Shown one piece after another: positions 32,203 through 42,306 of a stretch of DNA of 64,000 nucleotides. Made by a program: the position numbers and the translations under genes. Position 1 is the first letter of the stretch. Each line of letters opens with the position of its first letter. Origin of the DNA: Amoebophrya sp. A120 (taxonomy: Eukaryota > Protista > Dinoflagellata); assembly GCA_905178155.1 (NCBI GenBank), contig CAJINV010000002.1, positions 11,014,634-11,078,633 on the forward strand, given 5' to 3'. A model generated the notes under the pieces. That model was given only the letters and a program-made list of their open reading frames with translations. It was not told the DNA's origin and ran no database searches.

Positions 32203-35200
32203 AGCATCCTCCTAGGATCATCCATCTGCAAAGCCGGCCAGGATATCAGCTGCGAGGAATTCGCAAATAAAATCGCCAAATCAGGAGGCTTCGTGTTGGT
32301 TTTCAAATCAGCAATATGGACGAGAAAGGGAGCGCTTTTAAGGCAGGACGAAGAAAAGCCGACTACCTGGGGAAACGTAAAAGGGGCCTACATCGGAGCG
32401 GTCGTTTACTCTCTTCCTCAATCCCCCGGCGGATCAGGACACATCGAAGTCATACGACCCGATTGCTGCGTCGCCTCGAAAATCAGCATCGAGTTCTTGA
32501 AGAAACGGCGACACCTTAGGACTCCGCTCCGAGCACTAGGCAGAAGAAGAAGCCACGCAGGCTTAGCCGGGAAAAAAGGAAAGAAAGCAGGCTCAATAAA
32601 GCTCAGTCAAGCGAAACTAGAGGAGTTCATTGCAAGACTAGCACAGAGCGCTCGGCTAAATACTTCTTCTGCGACCTGGTTCAGACAAGCGTCCCAGGGC
32701 AGCCGTCGGGTCATTCTAAAATTCGGCAACGACGACTTCCGCCACGTCATCCACTGGAAGTCGACAAACACGATCTTCATAGACGAGAAGAAAACCGAAA
32801 ATTTTTCTATCTCGGAGCGCCTACTAATCTGGAAGGAGTCGGGCCTAGTGAGGGGAAAATTGCCGCCCTTTTCCTTCGAATCAGCATGGGACAAGAGCGC
32901 CGACATAATAAGCTGGGAGTTCCCGAAGCTCGGCGAGGAGCCGTTTCCAGAGGAGCTCCACCCTCCAGACGCATCGAAGGATTCAAACAGCGATAAACCG
33001 GCGCCGGTGCTGTCTCCGCGTGACCTGAAGACCCTGCCCTCGACGATCTCGCAGCGCTCAGCCAGCTCCGCGGGCCAAGCCGCCCCCTCCTCCAGTGGCG
33101 CAAAGATATCTCGAGCACCCCCCGCAGGAAGCGCCTCAGCGGAGGCGTCGCAGATTCATTCAGACAGCGAGATCGTTAGGAACAAGCCCGCAGCGAGATT
33201 GGACAGCAGTAGCTCTCGTCGCGATCCCTTGTTCCTCGATCCCTCGGGAAGATCAGACCTCATCGGCAGTAGATCCAAGAATATCACCACGTCGCCACGC
33301 ACACATCTTCAAAAAAGTGAACAGCTATTCTCCGCTGATGGATTGGCAGATAGGTCCGACCCGGGGCGCAGAAAGACCAGCAGAAGTTCGAGCCGCGATT
33401 CCTTCTCTCAAGATTCCGACATCTACTACGATGAATTAGACGGCGTTTGGACATGCAAATGCTGTGTCGCGCGATTCGAGTCAATCAAGGACTTGCGATT
33501 CCACATGAACAAGGACAGGCATTCAAGAAACTCGATGTCGATCGGATGGTGCAAGGACAATGCGAGCAAAGTCGAGGAGTTCTGGTTCGACCCGTTGAGC
33601 CCGAACAGAGGCTGGAGTTGCGATCTATGCCGGAAAATCTATGGTAGCGGAAACAAGCTCAAGCTCCACTTCCAACAGGACGAGAATCATAAGAGGCTGG
33701 TCAAAAGAAGCAGGAAGCAAAATCAGGCGAGCACATCCACAAAAAAGGAGGAAAGATCGGATGAGAGTAGCACTTCTAGCAGTTCTTCATCGGATCCTTC
33801 TGCCGGTTCTAGCAGTTTTAGCGGTTCTAGCAGCTCTTCATCGGCAGTCAACCAGGTCCGGGAGCCCAAATTGCAAGAGCGTCATCCAGATATCGGAAAA
33901 AAAATGCAAGATTCGGCACCAGCTAGAGACAAGACTAGCAGCACCAGCCCCGCTAAAGAGAGCCACGCGCTTGCGTCCAAGATAAAGGATAATAATAACA
34001 ACGGAGAAAGTAAGAAAGCAGCCAGTTCCGCGCAATTTTCTCCCGTGCCGAAATCGAGATGGAGCTTGACGTCAGAAGATGATCTCCTGTCCCCCTTCAT
34101 ACGTCGCACAAATAAGCTCATCGACTACAGCTCGGAGCCCAGCAGCCCGGCAAGGATGTCGTCAGAAGTAAAGAAAGGGAAAAAACGTCGTCCAAGTTCC
34201 AGAAGAGAACTTCCGCATGCTCCAGCAAACGCGACAATAATACTAGAAAACGATAAGAAGAGGCTGAAGCTAGAATGTACGGATTGCGGTGCTATATTCT
34301 ACGACAAGACGGACTTCATCAACCACGTCTGCCTGTCAAACGGGGTGCCAGATGTAGGGCCCATAGTGCTAAGGGGCACGGGGTCAGTAGCCAGCTCCAA
34401 AAAGGTCCGATCTTCGGCTTCCACGGCCCGCCCAGCCGCCCCAGTTCCCAAAGTAGCCGCCTCTCCACCAGCCAGAGAAGACGACGTCTCGGACAACGAC
34501 CAAATGTCCTGTTTCAGCGACCTGGACCTCTCGGATAAAATGTCGGTATTTAGTGATCTCAGCGACATCCTGCTCCCCGAGGCGGAAGAGGAGGATCGTC
34601 CTTGCTATCCGAAGAAGCCAAGAAAGTCGACGCCTCGCCTCCAGCTGATTCTAAAAATGAGAACAATCGAAGGCAAAGACAAGAGCGTCTCGAAATGGCT
34701 GAAAGACTTGGAGAAATTCGCGAAAAAAGCCAAGATCCGGGCGGCTTTTCACGAAGCAGCAGAAGCAAGATTAGCAAGCCTCCCTTTCCCTCTACAGGAA
34801 CGAGTCATTTTCCTGTATTTAAGACTAGATAAGACCAATAAAGCGGCGCAGTGCAAGAAGGTCGGGGACGCAATCCAGACGGCAGCAAGAACAGTAGGCA
34901 TAAACTTCATAACAGGAATCCATGCGAAGGACTGGATCAAGCAAAAAGGGAAAAAGGAAGCAGTAGTAGATAGCGACGATGACGCCGAGGGCGCGTTTAT
35001 TGCTGCAGCATCCAAATTATCAAAACAAGCATCATCCGGCAAGTCTTCGGTAGCAAGAGCCAATCTGCTACTCTACGGAGAAGAGTCAGCGGAGCATATA
35101 TCAAATTTCGCGAAGGATGAAGATGCAAAAGATGCAGCGCAGGCTAAGTCCTTCTCGATAAGAATCGCAACAGCATTGTACGGGGAGCACAATAGAGTGA

Positions 35201-38200
35201 AGAAGACGCAAGATGAAAGCGGAATAATAAGCAAGATAGCATCGCGCTGGATATCTGCGCTAGCGAAAGCGAGCGGCATTAAAAAAAAAGAATTCACCCA
35301 GACGACGACGACATTAACCCGAGGCTCGGTTTTCGACGACAAAGTTGCTTTAGAGCGGGGATTGAGTCACGGAATGCCGGCGGAAGAAATTGCCGATTGG
35401 AACAAGAAAAGGAAAGAGGGTATCGAGCGCCTGTGCTCGACCCTTAGAGAACTAAGAAAAGAAGCTGCCGCGGAATTTTATAACGAGGACGGCGACGACG
35501 AGGATCCTTTGCTCAACTCCATCTTCATCAAGAAAAAGACAGAAAGCCACCTCTTCATCCCACAAAGACAAGCGATCGTGCTTGAAATCAACAGAGCACT
35601 GATAAAGTCGGAGAACAAATTCATTGCAGCCGCGGAGTCACTAGGATTCGGGAAGTTGCAGCTATTCCACGCCAAATCCAATTTCGACCTGGATTTGCGC
35701 GACAACAGGGAAATAGCAGCAAGGACGGAAATGAACAGGACTAATCATGAATGGCAGATCAAGTTGACCAGTCTCCGACAAAAAAAACTCTTCAAAGAAT
35801 CCGGCTACACCAACATGCTAGCAGCAAAAAGACCGAAGGGATCCGGAGCACTATCCCCGAAGATCAAAGCAAGCATCGGAATTGCTTCGTCAGCGGATCA
35901 GCTCGCCGCGGAAGGGGGCCCGCCGGCCAAGGTTAAGAAGAAGGTAGAGCAGCCAGTCTACATGATCCTGCCAGAAAAGGCAAAATCGCCTCAGATCCCG
36001 AAATGCACGCTGAAAGGTGCCGAAGAGTTCACGAGCCCTGCCAAGAAGATAAGGAAAAAAACTGGAAATGAAGCACGTGGGTGGAAAGAAAATCTGAAAA
36101 GAATAATAAGTAAATTCCTGGACGATGACGAAAAATGGATCAAGAAATTCTGGGAGGCGAAGAAAGTCAAGGACGACGAAGAGGCTACGTTCGAGAGATT
36201 TGTAGTTCTGTGTCACAAGAAAAGAGAAGAGAAGATAGGAATCCTGCGAGATTGCAAATCAGAACTGCAGCCGCTGCCGCCGAAGAATATTAGAGAGTTC
36301 AAAAGCAAGGTGATAAAAGCCTTCGAGAAAAGGTTAGAGAAAGAAATGTCACACATCTCCGAGCCTTGCCATCATCCCGTATCCTCCGCAGCAGAAATTG
36401 ATAGCGCTGCGTCATCATCTTCTTCCGCTGTAGCTCCGCGCGCGACCCCGCTCGCTCCCGCTGTACCAGCCACTAAAGGTCTTGCGTCGCCCGCGGCACT
36501 CAAGTCGATAACCGCCAAGCCAGGTATTAGCGGAGTTTCGTCAAAGCTGATGAACCCGGGAGAGGAGAGCAGAAGCAAGTGCGACTTCGTAAAAGTTAAA
36601 CCGGAAGAAAAAATAATGATCAAGGACATTCCGGAGCTTCGTAGGAGGAGAATAAAAGGAGAGCTTCCGACCGGCGTACTGTTTTGCGACGACATGAGTT
36701 CCGAAATCATCTTCAGATGCAGGAAATTCGACCCAGATCAAGGAATAAAACTAGCAGCGCGTTTCCTTCTTACAGCTCCTGCCAACGCCTGGACGGCGTA
36801 CTTCATTGATGCATCAAACGATCTTCGAATGGCAGCAGCAATCGACAAAGATATAGATGACGGAGAAGGGAAGACAAGAATAAAAATAATAAAATCAACG
36901 CAGATTCAGGACTTCTTCCTCTCCACTCCTCGTTCGGGCGTGTTCATTGCTGCGCAGCAACATTTAAGTAGCTCTGCGCGTGCTGCTGCAGGACCGCTCA
37001 TCAAAGTGGTGGAGCAGCTGCTGCGACAATCCGGTAAAGCGCTCCCAGCTAACAGCTTCTTCATCCACCCTGACGACCCGGAAGACGAAGGATTCACATG
37101 TGACAAGGTATCGATTAGAATCAGCGGGAGCCGTGCAGCATGGATTCTTCAGAAGGAAGGAGGACAGGGAAGAGCCGCGTGCTGGTCAAGATTGCTGATG
37201 AAGCAGCTGGCCGGCGACCCCGTTTCTGCTTGGTACAGCCACAGAGCGGAGATGGATGCGATGCTAGAGCAAGACGAGGAATCATGCGAGGCGTTCGAGC
37301 TAGCCCTAGCCGCAGTAAGCGAAGCGGTCGAGGACAAGTTGCTAAACGACGATAGTTCCTCGATGATCATGTTCTGCCACCTCAACATAAACGGCATATC
37401 ATCGAACCAGCGGAAACTAGAGAGCGCATTCTCCAAAGCACTAGACGCCGCAGAATTGCGGGAAGTAAAGCGGACGCAGCTTCTGGTAGGAGGATGCGAA
37501 CCCAAATCATTTAGCCCGCCCGAGGCGATTTCTGCAGAGCAGAATGAAGACACACAGTCATCGATAGAGCTGATCACCAAATCGTCCAACTCAAGCTGCG
37601 GCGGCCCCTCCGACGTAGGGATGACATTTATATACGCAGGATCAATCGAGCGTAATGAAGAAAAAGGAAGAGATCGATCAGCGACAGATTCGACAAGCGG
37701 CGTCAGCAAATTCGAAGTAGCGCAATCGTGGACAGTGATGGCAAGAAAATCCCCAAGCAGCAACACAATCGGCGAGCAGCTAATAGCAAACGAAATAAAG
37801 AAGGAGGACCTGTTTCTATGGGCATCTCTAGCCGCGGACGACAGTTGCAGCACGCTCGAGATATATGCGAGGCCGTTATCCAGCAGCAGCGCCCACCTGG
37901 ATATCCAGTATATTAAATCTCAACTGGATGAAATAGAGAAATCGCACCAGAAAACAGCAGCGGAAACTGCGATCAACTTCATAGCAGGGGACATCAACAT
38001 AAATCATTCCACGGATGATATGGCGCTGTTCGAGGAGAGTATCAAGAAGAACTACGGATCCAACTTTGCCAAGGAAATTGGGAAAATCTTCTGCGACTTC
38101 ATTATTGCAATATCAGCAGGGTTTCAAATAGTTCAATTCGAAGGGAGAAAGACTTACCGCGACATCAGCGCGCTGGACGTAATGTTTGTCAGGGACAGAA

Positions 38201-41200
38201 ATCAGCTAGTCGCATCCTGGGCGTCGTCGATCTCCCGATGGGACTCGGCAGGCGAGGTAGTGGACGATCCAGAGCTAGCAAGCGACCACGCCATGCTAGC
38301 GATCCACGGAGTAATCGCGGCGCCATCAGAACCTGAATCCCTATTCCGCAAATCAGACCCCGCTGTTGATCCAGGTCGTCGCTGGAGAGGAAGTGCATGG
38401 AGAATCAACGACACGGACTCGATTCGGAGCGGCTGGAGCGCAGCATGGAAAAACGATTCTTGGATCTACGCGAACTGGGAAGAATTTCAGCTGCCGAGCA
38501 GGATGCACCCGAGCCCTCCGGAGAGATTCAACTTCGTTCCAGAAGGAGACAAATTCAAAGGGATCTTCTACGCGCTCAAAATTCCCAGAGGCTTGAAGCT
38601 GATAAAAGACGAGATTGCGACCGCGCTGGAAAAGCAGAAAAGTCGTATTCTCCTGGCCAACAACAAAGACGCATTTACGGACGCAATCGCGAAGGCCGTG
38701 CTCGAGGACAAAAAGCTTGACCGCCGCATCTACTATAACCAGTTATCGCTTCCGGAAAAAATCACAGCCATCAAGAGCAAGCACCCAAGAGCAGGATCAT
38801 CGTCCGCACTAAGCAAAGCAAAAGAAAGCTTCATAGGAAAAGCAAGGGGCCAGCTGATAGAAAAAATCAAAGGAATCCGCACAGAATCAGGAGACGTAAT
38901 GGATTGCCCCTGGTCAGCCCTATTAGCAGTAGCCAGAGCGAACTTCTACAAGTACTCGGCGACGTTGGAGGCACTGCTGATCGACAACGATTTCTCCTGC
39001 CAGATCTACAAGAAGACGCTTACGGCGCTGCTAGCAGAAGCAAAAAAATGCCTGCCGCTGATTATAAATCCAGAATTATTCCAGAAGGAACTACAACTAC
39101 AAAGCGACGAGCTGCAAGGCCCTTCTGGAGTAAAAGGTAGCGTCTTCAAATGCCTACCCGACTGGGGCAAGGAGAAGCTGCGTATCATCTTCAACGCAGA
39201 GCTGGAAGCTCTTAGGTCGGAACAAGATGTAAAAAAGCTTCACGAAATCATCGGCGGAAGAGGCTCCAGATACACGACGGCCGCGCTAGGCAAAGGAGGC
39301 AGAGCTACGGAGATCCCAAAGTTAAGATTGACAGCTTCGCAGGAGTGTGTAGAAAGACTACTAGACAGCTGCCTCTTCGCGGACTTCGAGTGTCTAGCTC
39401 AAGGACGAGAACTACACCAAGGGGTAGCAGTCGGGGGCATGAAGAAAATCAACTTGCTGTGCGCCGAGCTTTTGAGGATAAAGGAACGGGAATGGCTGCA
39501 AAATTTCAGAAGTCGCTTAATTTTGAAACTAAGCTTCGACTGGAGACAGATGTTTAACTGCATCGGCAGGCCCACCGCGTTCGCTATCCTCAAGTCAGCA
39601 AAGCCGCACCCGACAGCTCTCGTCAGATGGCTCCTGAGACAAAGCAACAAAAAAATCTATCTGCAATCGGAGAAACAGCATCTAGTAGTAAAGCAAGTAA
39701 CCTCATGCATCCAAGGCACCCGAACAGCATTAGCAGTAGGAAAAATCTTATGTGCGGACTGGGTAGCTATGGCGAAAGCGGCAATCGCAGCAAGCATGGA
39801 CGATGACGACGCCCTATCGTCCAGCCGTATCGACGCGGCCGGCGAGTTGTTGCAGAATATGATAGCAGTATCAGCGAAGAAATTCGAAATTCCCTCAGCG
39901 GCTTCGTTCACCTCCGCGGACATCGACAGAATGTTTTTAGTCAACCATTTCAGGGCGGAGGGCGCGCCGGAGCCGGAGAAGGATCAAGCAAATGACCTGC
40001 AATCGCTGATAAATAAGAAGATCAAGGAAGGAGTGATCCGGGAGGACGCCTGGCGCAATCTGATGGCCGCGCTATGCATCGACGACACCGAGATCAGCAT
40101 AAAATTCACCATGGAGGACATAGAGAATGGCAACCTGGAGAGATTGTGCAAGCTTATCACAGACAGTCTTCTGCAGTGGTGCTACGCGACCAGAACCTTC
40201 ATTGCGGCAGATAAATGCGAAGCCGTGATCCTCAGCCACTTCTCCCAGCCGCACGACAGCACCATTACGAGCCAGAGCCAGTCGCCGGCAGCCTTCGGAT
40301 CCAGCTCGGCTGCGCGTCGGGACCTCGAGAAGAAAGTAGCCGGCTTCCTATCGCTAGCAGGGAAAAAAATAGAAGTCAAGGAATCGATCAAGCTCTTCGG
40401 ATTCCCGGTCGCTAGCGATATAGAAAAAGCATACAGAACCAGCTGCAGACAGAAGATATGGTTCGCGATGGCAATAGTGCGAGAAACACTAAGAAGAGGC
40501 GCGTCTACAATCCGGACTTCTGAGCACAAGCTGATCCCGCAATACGTGGCACTAAGTAGTATCCGCCACCTGCTGTGCCCGATGATATGTTTCGACCCAG
40601 ACGGCGTGAGTGAAATAATGCAGCAGGTCGCCAAGAAACTTCTAGCTTGCTACGGGATAGACGACAGCGAGGCGTCAACCCTGCGAAGATTACTAGAAAG
40701 AAAAAAGCTGCACGACGTATCCGACTCCGAACTATTATTCTCCGGAATTCTGCAGGATCCAGGTTGGAAAGAAAATATGTTCAGAACAGTAAGAAAGGCG
40801 GCGCTGAATCAGTCTTCCACATTCGGTAGGAGATTCCTCGCAGCATCAAACGGGGATCTCGGGCTACTGGATTTCTGCACGTGGGGGCTAGACGAGGACG
40901 AAAAAGAACCAAGATTGAGAATACTCAGGGACGATAGCATATCGATCTCTCAAACGAACTCCTACAGAGGGATCCGCCTCGCGTCGCAGCTAGCAAGAAA
41001 CAACATAGAGATAAAATGGATCTCGACAGACACCACCACAGACTTCTCCAAATTCACCACAATAGTACAAGCCGACGGCTCCTTCGCGCCAATTGACGCC
41101 GAGATGCTCAGCGACTACGTTGCAGGAGAATCAGCGCGCATCTTCTCTGCAGCAAAGTTTATAGAAAACAACCCCGAAGTAATATCCGCGGGGAAGCCGT

Positions 41201-41613
41201 TGTTGATTCTCGGATGCAGCCAGCGGATGATGGAGAAGAACTCAGCAGCTGCTGAGGCGTTCCTCGTAGCCCTGGTAGAAGCGGTAGACCTCGCTCCCAA
41301 TCAAGCAAGAGGCGCAAAGATCTTCATGGCGGGATCGACCCCGCATATAGCGCCACGAGGCTCCACAAAAACCTCCCAGCCAGGCCGAAGTCCAGCGATC
41401 GCAGACGTACCTCTGTGGGATTGTGACGTCCGCCTCCGCAGCAGCGAAAGAGACGACAGTATAGCAGAAGAAATCTGGGAATTGGACCTGTTTGACGAAA
41501 GATCAGGGGAGCAAAACGAAGAGATTAGTGCCACGAGGAGGAAAAAAAACACTAAAGCAAAAATAGAAAAAATAGAAAGAGTCCTACAGTCCGAAACGGA
41601 TGAAAGTAACTAA
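32203..41613 (+). CDS. Retroelement polyprotein: C2H2 zinc fingers, APE endonuclease, reverse transcriptase, RNase H-like C-terminus
   Basis: Zinc fingers: CKCC..F...DLRFHM...H (~33450), CDLC..Y....KLKLHF....H (~33620), CTDC..F....FINHVC (~34280). APE: HLNING (~37380), GCEPK, IYARP, AGDININH (~37985), TY...SALDVMFV, SDHAML (~38281). RT: GPSG, LRL, FDWRQMFNCI (~39535), IQG (~39710), CIDD (~40075), K.E, KLFG (~40390). RNase H-like: QADGS (~41070), GESARI, ILGCSQ. Confidence 0.85.
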   Translation, partial: SILLGSSICKAGQDISCEEFANKIAKSGGFVLVFKSAIWTRKGALLRQDEEKPTTWGNVKGAYIGAVVYSLPQSPGGSGHIEVIRPDCCVASKISIEFLKKRRHLRTPLRALGRRRSHAGLAGKKGKKAGSIKLSQAKLEEFIARLAQSARLNTSSATWFRQASQGSRRVILKFGNDDFRHVIHWKSTNTIFIDEKKTENFSISERLLIWKESGLVRGKLPPFSFESAWDKSADIISWEFPKLGEEPFPEELHPPDASKDSNSDKPAPVLSPRDLKTLPSTISQRSASSAGQAAPSSSGAKISRAPPAGSASAEASQIHSDSEIVRNKPAARLDSSSSRRDPLFLDPSGRSDLIGSRSKNITTSPRTHLQKSEQLFSADGLADRSDPGRRKTSRSSSRDSFSQDSDIYYDELDGVWTCKCCVARFESIKDLRFHMNKDRHSRNSMSIGWCKDNASKVEEFWFDPLSPNRGWSCDLCRKIYGSGNKLKLHFQQDENHKRLVKRSRKQNQASTSTKKEERSDESSTSSSSSSDPSAGSSSFSGSSSSSSAVNQVREPKLQERHPDIGKKMQDSAPARDKTSSTSPAKESHALASKIKDNNNNGESKKAASSAQFSPVPKSRWSLTSEDDLLSPFIRRTNKLIDYSSEPSSPARMSSEVKKGKKRRPSSRRELPHAPANATIILENDKKRLKLECTDCGAIFYDKTDFINHVCLSNGVPDVGPIVLRGTGSVASSKKVRSSASTARPAAPVPKVAASPPAREDDVSDNDQMSCFSDLDLSDKMSVFSDLSDILLPEAEEEDRPCYPKKPRKSTPRLQLILKMRTIEGKDKSVSKWLKDLEKFAKKAKIRAAFHEAAEARLASLPFPLQERVIFLYLRLDKTNKAAQCKKVGDAIQTAARTVGINFITGIHAKDWIKQKGKKEAVVDSDDDAEGAFIAAASKLSKQASSGKSSVARANLLLYGEESAEHISNFAKDEDAKDAAQAKSFSIRIATALYGEHNRVKKTQDESGIISKIASRWISALAKASGIKKKEFTQTTTTLTRGSVFDDKVALERGLSHGMPAEEIADWNKKRKEGIERLCSTLRELRKEAAAEFYNEDGDDEDPLLNSIFIKKKTESHLFIPQRQAIVLEINRALIKSENKFIAAAESLGFGKLQLFHAKSNFDLDLRDNREIAARTEMNRTNHEWQIKLTSLRQKKLFKESGYTNMLAAKRPKGSGALSPKIKASIGIASSADQLAAEGGPPAKVKKKVEQPVYMILPEKAKSPQIPKCTLKGAEEFTSPAKKIRKKTGNEARGWKENLKRIISKFLDDDEKWIKKFWEAKKVKDDEEATFERFVVLCHKKREEKIGILRDCKSELQPLPPKNIREFKSKVIKAFEKRLEKEMSHISEPCHHPVSSAAEIDSAASSSSSAVAPRATPLAPAVPATKGLASPAALKSITAKPGISGVSSKLMNPGEESRSKCDFVKVKPEEKIMIKDIPELRRRRIKGELPTGVLFCDDMSSEIIFRCRKFDPDQGIKLAARFLLTAPANAWTAYFIDASNDLRMAAAIDKDIDDGEGKTRIKIIKSTQIQDFFLSTPRSGVFIAAQQHLSSSARAAAGPLIKVVEQLLRQSGKALPANSFFIHPDDPEDEGFTCDKVSIRISGSRAAWILQKEGGQGRAACWSRLLMKQLAGDPVSAWYSHRAEMDAMLEQDEESCEAFELALAAVSEAVEDKLLNDDSSSMIMFCHLNINGISSNQRKLESAFSKALDAAELREVKRTQLLVGGCEPKSFSPPEAISAEQNEDTQSSIELITKSSNSSCGGPSDVGMTFIYAGSIERNEEKGRDRSATDSTSGVSKFEVAQSWTVMARKSPSSNTIGEQLIANEIKKEDLFLWASLAADDSCSTLEIYARPLSSSSAHLDIQYIKSQLDEIEKSHQKTAAETAINFIAGDININHSTDDMALFEESIKKNYGSNFAKEIGKIFCDFIIAISAGFQIVQFEGRKTYRDISALDVMFVRDRNQLVASWASSISRWDSAGEVVDDPELASDHAMLAIHGVIAAPSEPESLFRKSDPAVDPGRRWRGSAWRINDTDSIRSGWSAAWKNDSWIYANWEEFQLPSRMHPSPPERFNFVPEGDKFKGIFYALKIPRGLKLIKDEIATALEKQKSRILLANNKDAFTDAIAKAVLEDKKLDRRIYYNQLSLPEKITAIKSKHPRAGSSSALSKAKESFIGKARGQLIEKIKGIRTESGDVMDCPWSALLAVARANFYKYSATLEALLIDNDFSCQIYKKTLTALLAEAKKCLPLIINPELFQKELQLQSDELQGPSGVKGSVFKCLPDWGKEKLRIIFNAELEALRSEQDVKKLHEIIGGRGSRYTTAALGKGGRATEIPKLRLTASQECVERLLDSCLFADFECLAQGRELHQGVAVGGMKKINLLCAELLRIKEREWLQNFRSRLILKLSFDWRQMFNCIGRPTAFAILKSAKPHPTALVRWLLRQSNKKIYLQSEKQHLVVKQVTSCIQGTRTALAVGKILCADWVAMAKAAIAASMDDDDALSSSRIDAAGELLQNMIAVSAKKFEIPSAASFTSADIDRMFLVNHFRAEGAPEPEKDQANDLQSLINKKIKEGVIREDAWRNLMAALCIDDTEISIKFTMEDIENGNLERLCKLITDSLLQWCYATRTFIAADKCEAVILSHFSQPHDSTITSQSQSPAAFGSSSAARRDLEKKVAGFLSLAGKKIEVKESIKLFGFPVASDIEKAYRTSCRQKIWFAMAIVRETLRRGASTIRTSEHKLIPQYVALSSIRHLLCPMICFDPDGVSEIMQQVAKKLLACYGIDDSEASTLRRLLERKKLHDVSDSELLFSGILQDPGWKENMFRTVRKAALNQSSTFGRRFLAASNGDLGLLDFCTWGLDEDEKEPRLRILRDDSISISQTNSYRGIRLASQLARNNIEIKWISTDTTTDFSKFTTIVQADGSFAPIDAEMLSDYVAGESARIFSAAKFIENNPEVISAGKPLLILGCSQRMMEKNSAAAEAFLVALVEAVDLAPNQARGAKIFMAGSTPHIAPRGSTKTSQPGRSPAIADVPLWDCDVRLRSSERDDSIAEEIWELDLFDERSGEQNEEISATRRKKNTKAKIEKIERVLQSETDESN

Positions 41614-41814
41614 AAAACTTTAGAAAGTCGAAGAAATTCTTTTTGTTAAGATCTCCAGTCCGAAAGAGAAGAAGGTAATTAAAAAGAACTTTAGATAGCC
41701 ATTGAACTTTTTTTTAGTATCGCAAAAAAGAACTAGAATAGACCAAACCGAAATATCCACAACAACAAACGAGCGAACTACCTTTAGACAATACCATCTT
41801 TACCTCGATGATAG

Positions 41815-42306
41815 GGATATTTGTTTCTCGGTGCCTATCTCGACATCGCAAAAAAGAAGAGACTCGCAAGCGACAGCAAGCAGGCGGCAGGATCGACGTT
41901 ACGGATCAAAAAAAATACTCCTCGGAGGCTAATCGTCTATTGTGCGCTCTTCGGAGACTAGATCTTACCGATCCAGTGTCGATTCAATGAACAAACCGAC
42001 TTGTATTTTATTCTCTTCGGAGCCTAGCTGTTAATGCTTCTTCGGAAGCTAGATGTGATCTGGATATTTGATCCGCGGAGCATATCTCGACATCGCAAAA
42101 AAAGAAGCGACTCGCAAGCGACAGCAAGCAGGCGGCAGGATCGACGCTACGGACCAAAAAAAAATATGCTCTTCGGAGACTTTACGACTATTGTGCGCTC
42201 TTCGGAGACTAGATTTTACCGATCCAGTGTCGTTTCAATGATCAAGCCGATTTGTATTTTATTCTCTTCGGAGCCTAGCAGATATTGCTTCTTCGGAAGC
42301 TAGTTG
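41815..42306 (+). repeat. Two tandem ~247-bp units rich in C(UUCG)G hairpins; probable structured 3' UTR
   Basis: 41815-42061 aligns with 42062-42306. CTCTTCGGAG or GCTTCTTCGGAAGC occurs at 41947, 42013, 42036, 42169, 42198, 42264 and 42287. Confidence 0.85.
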
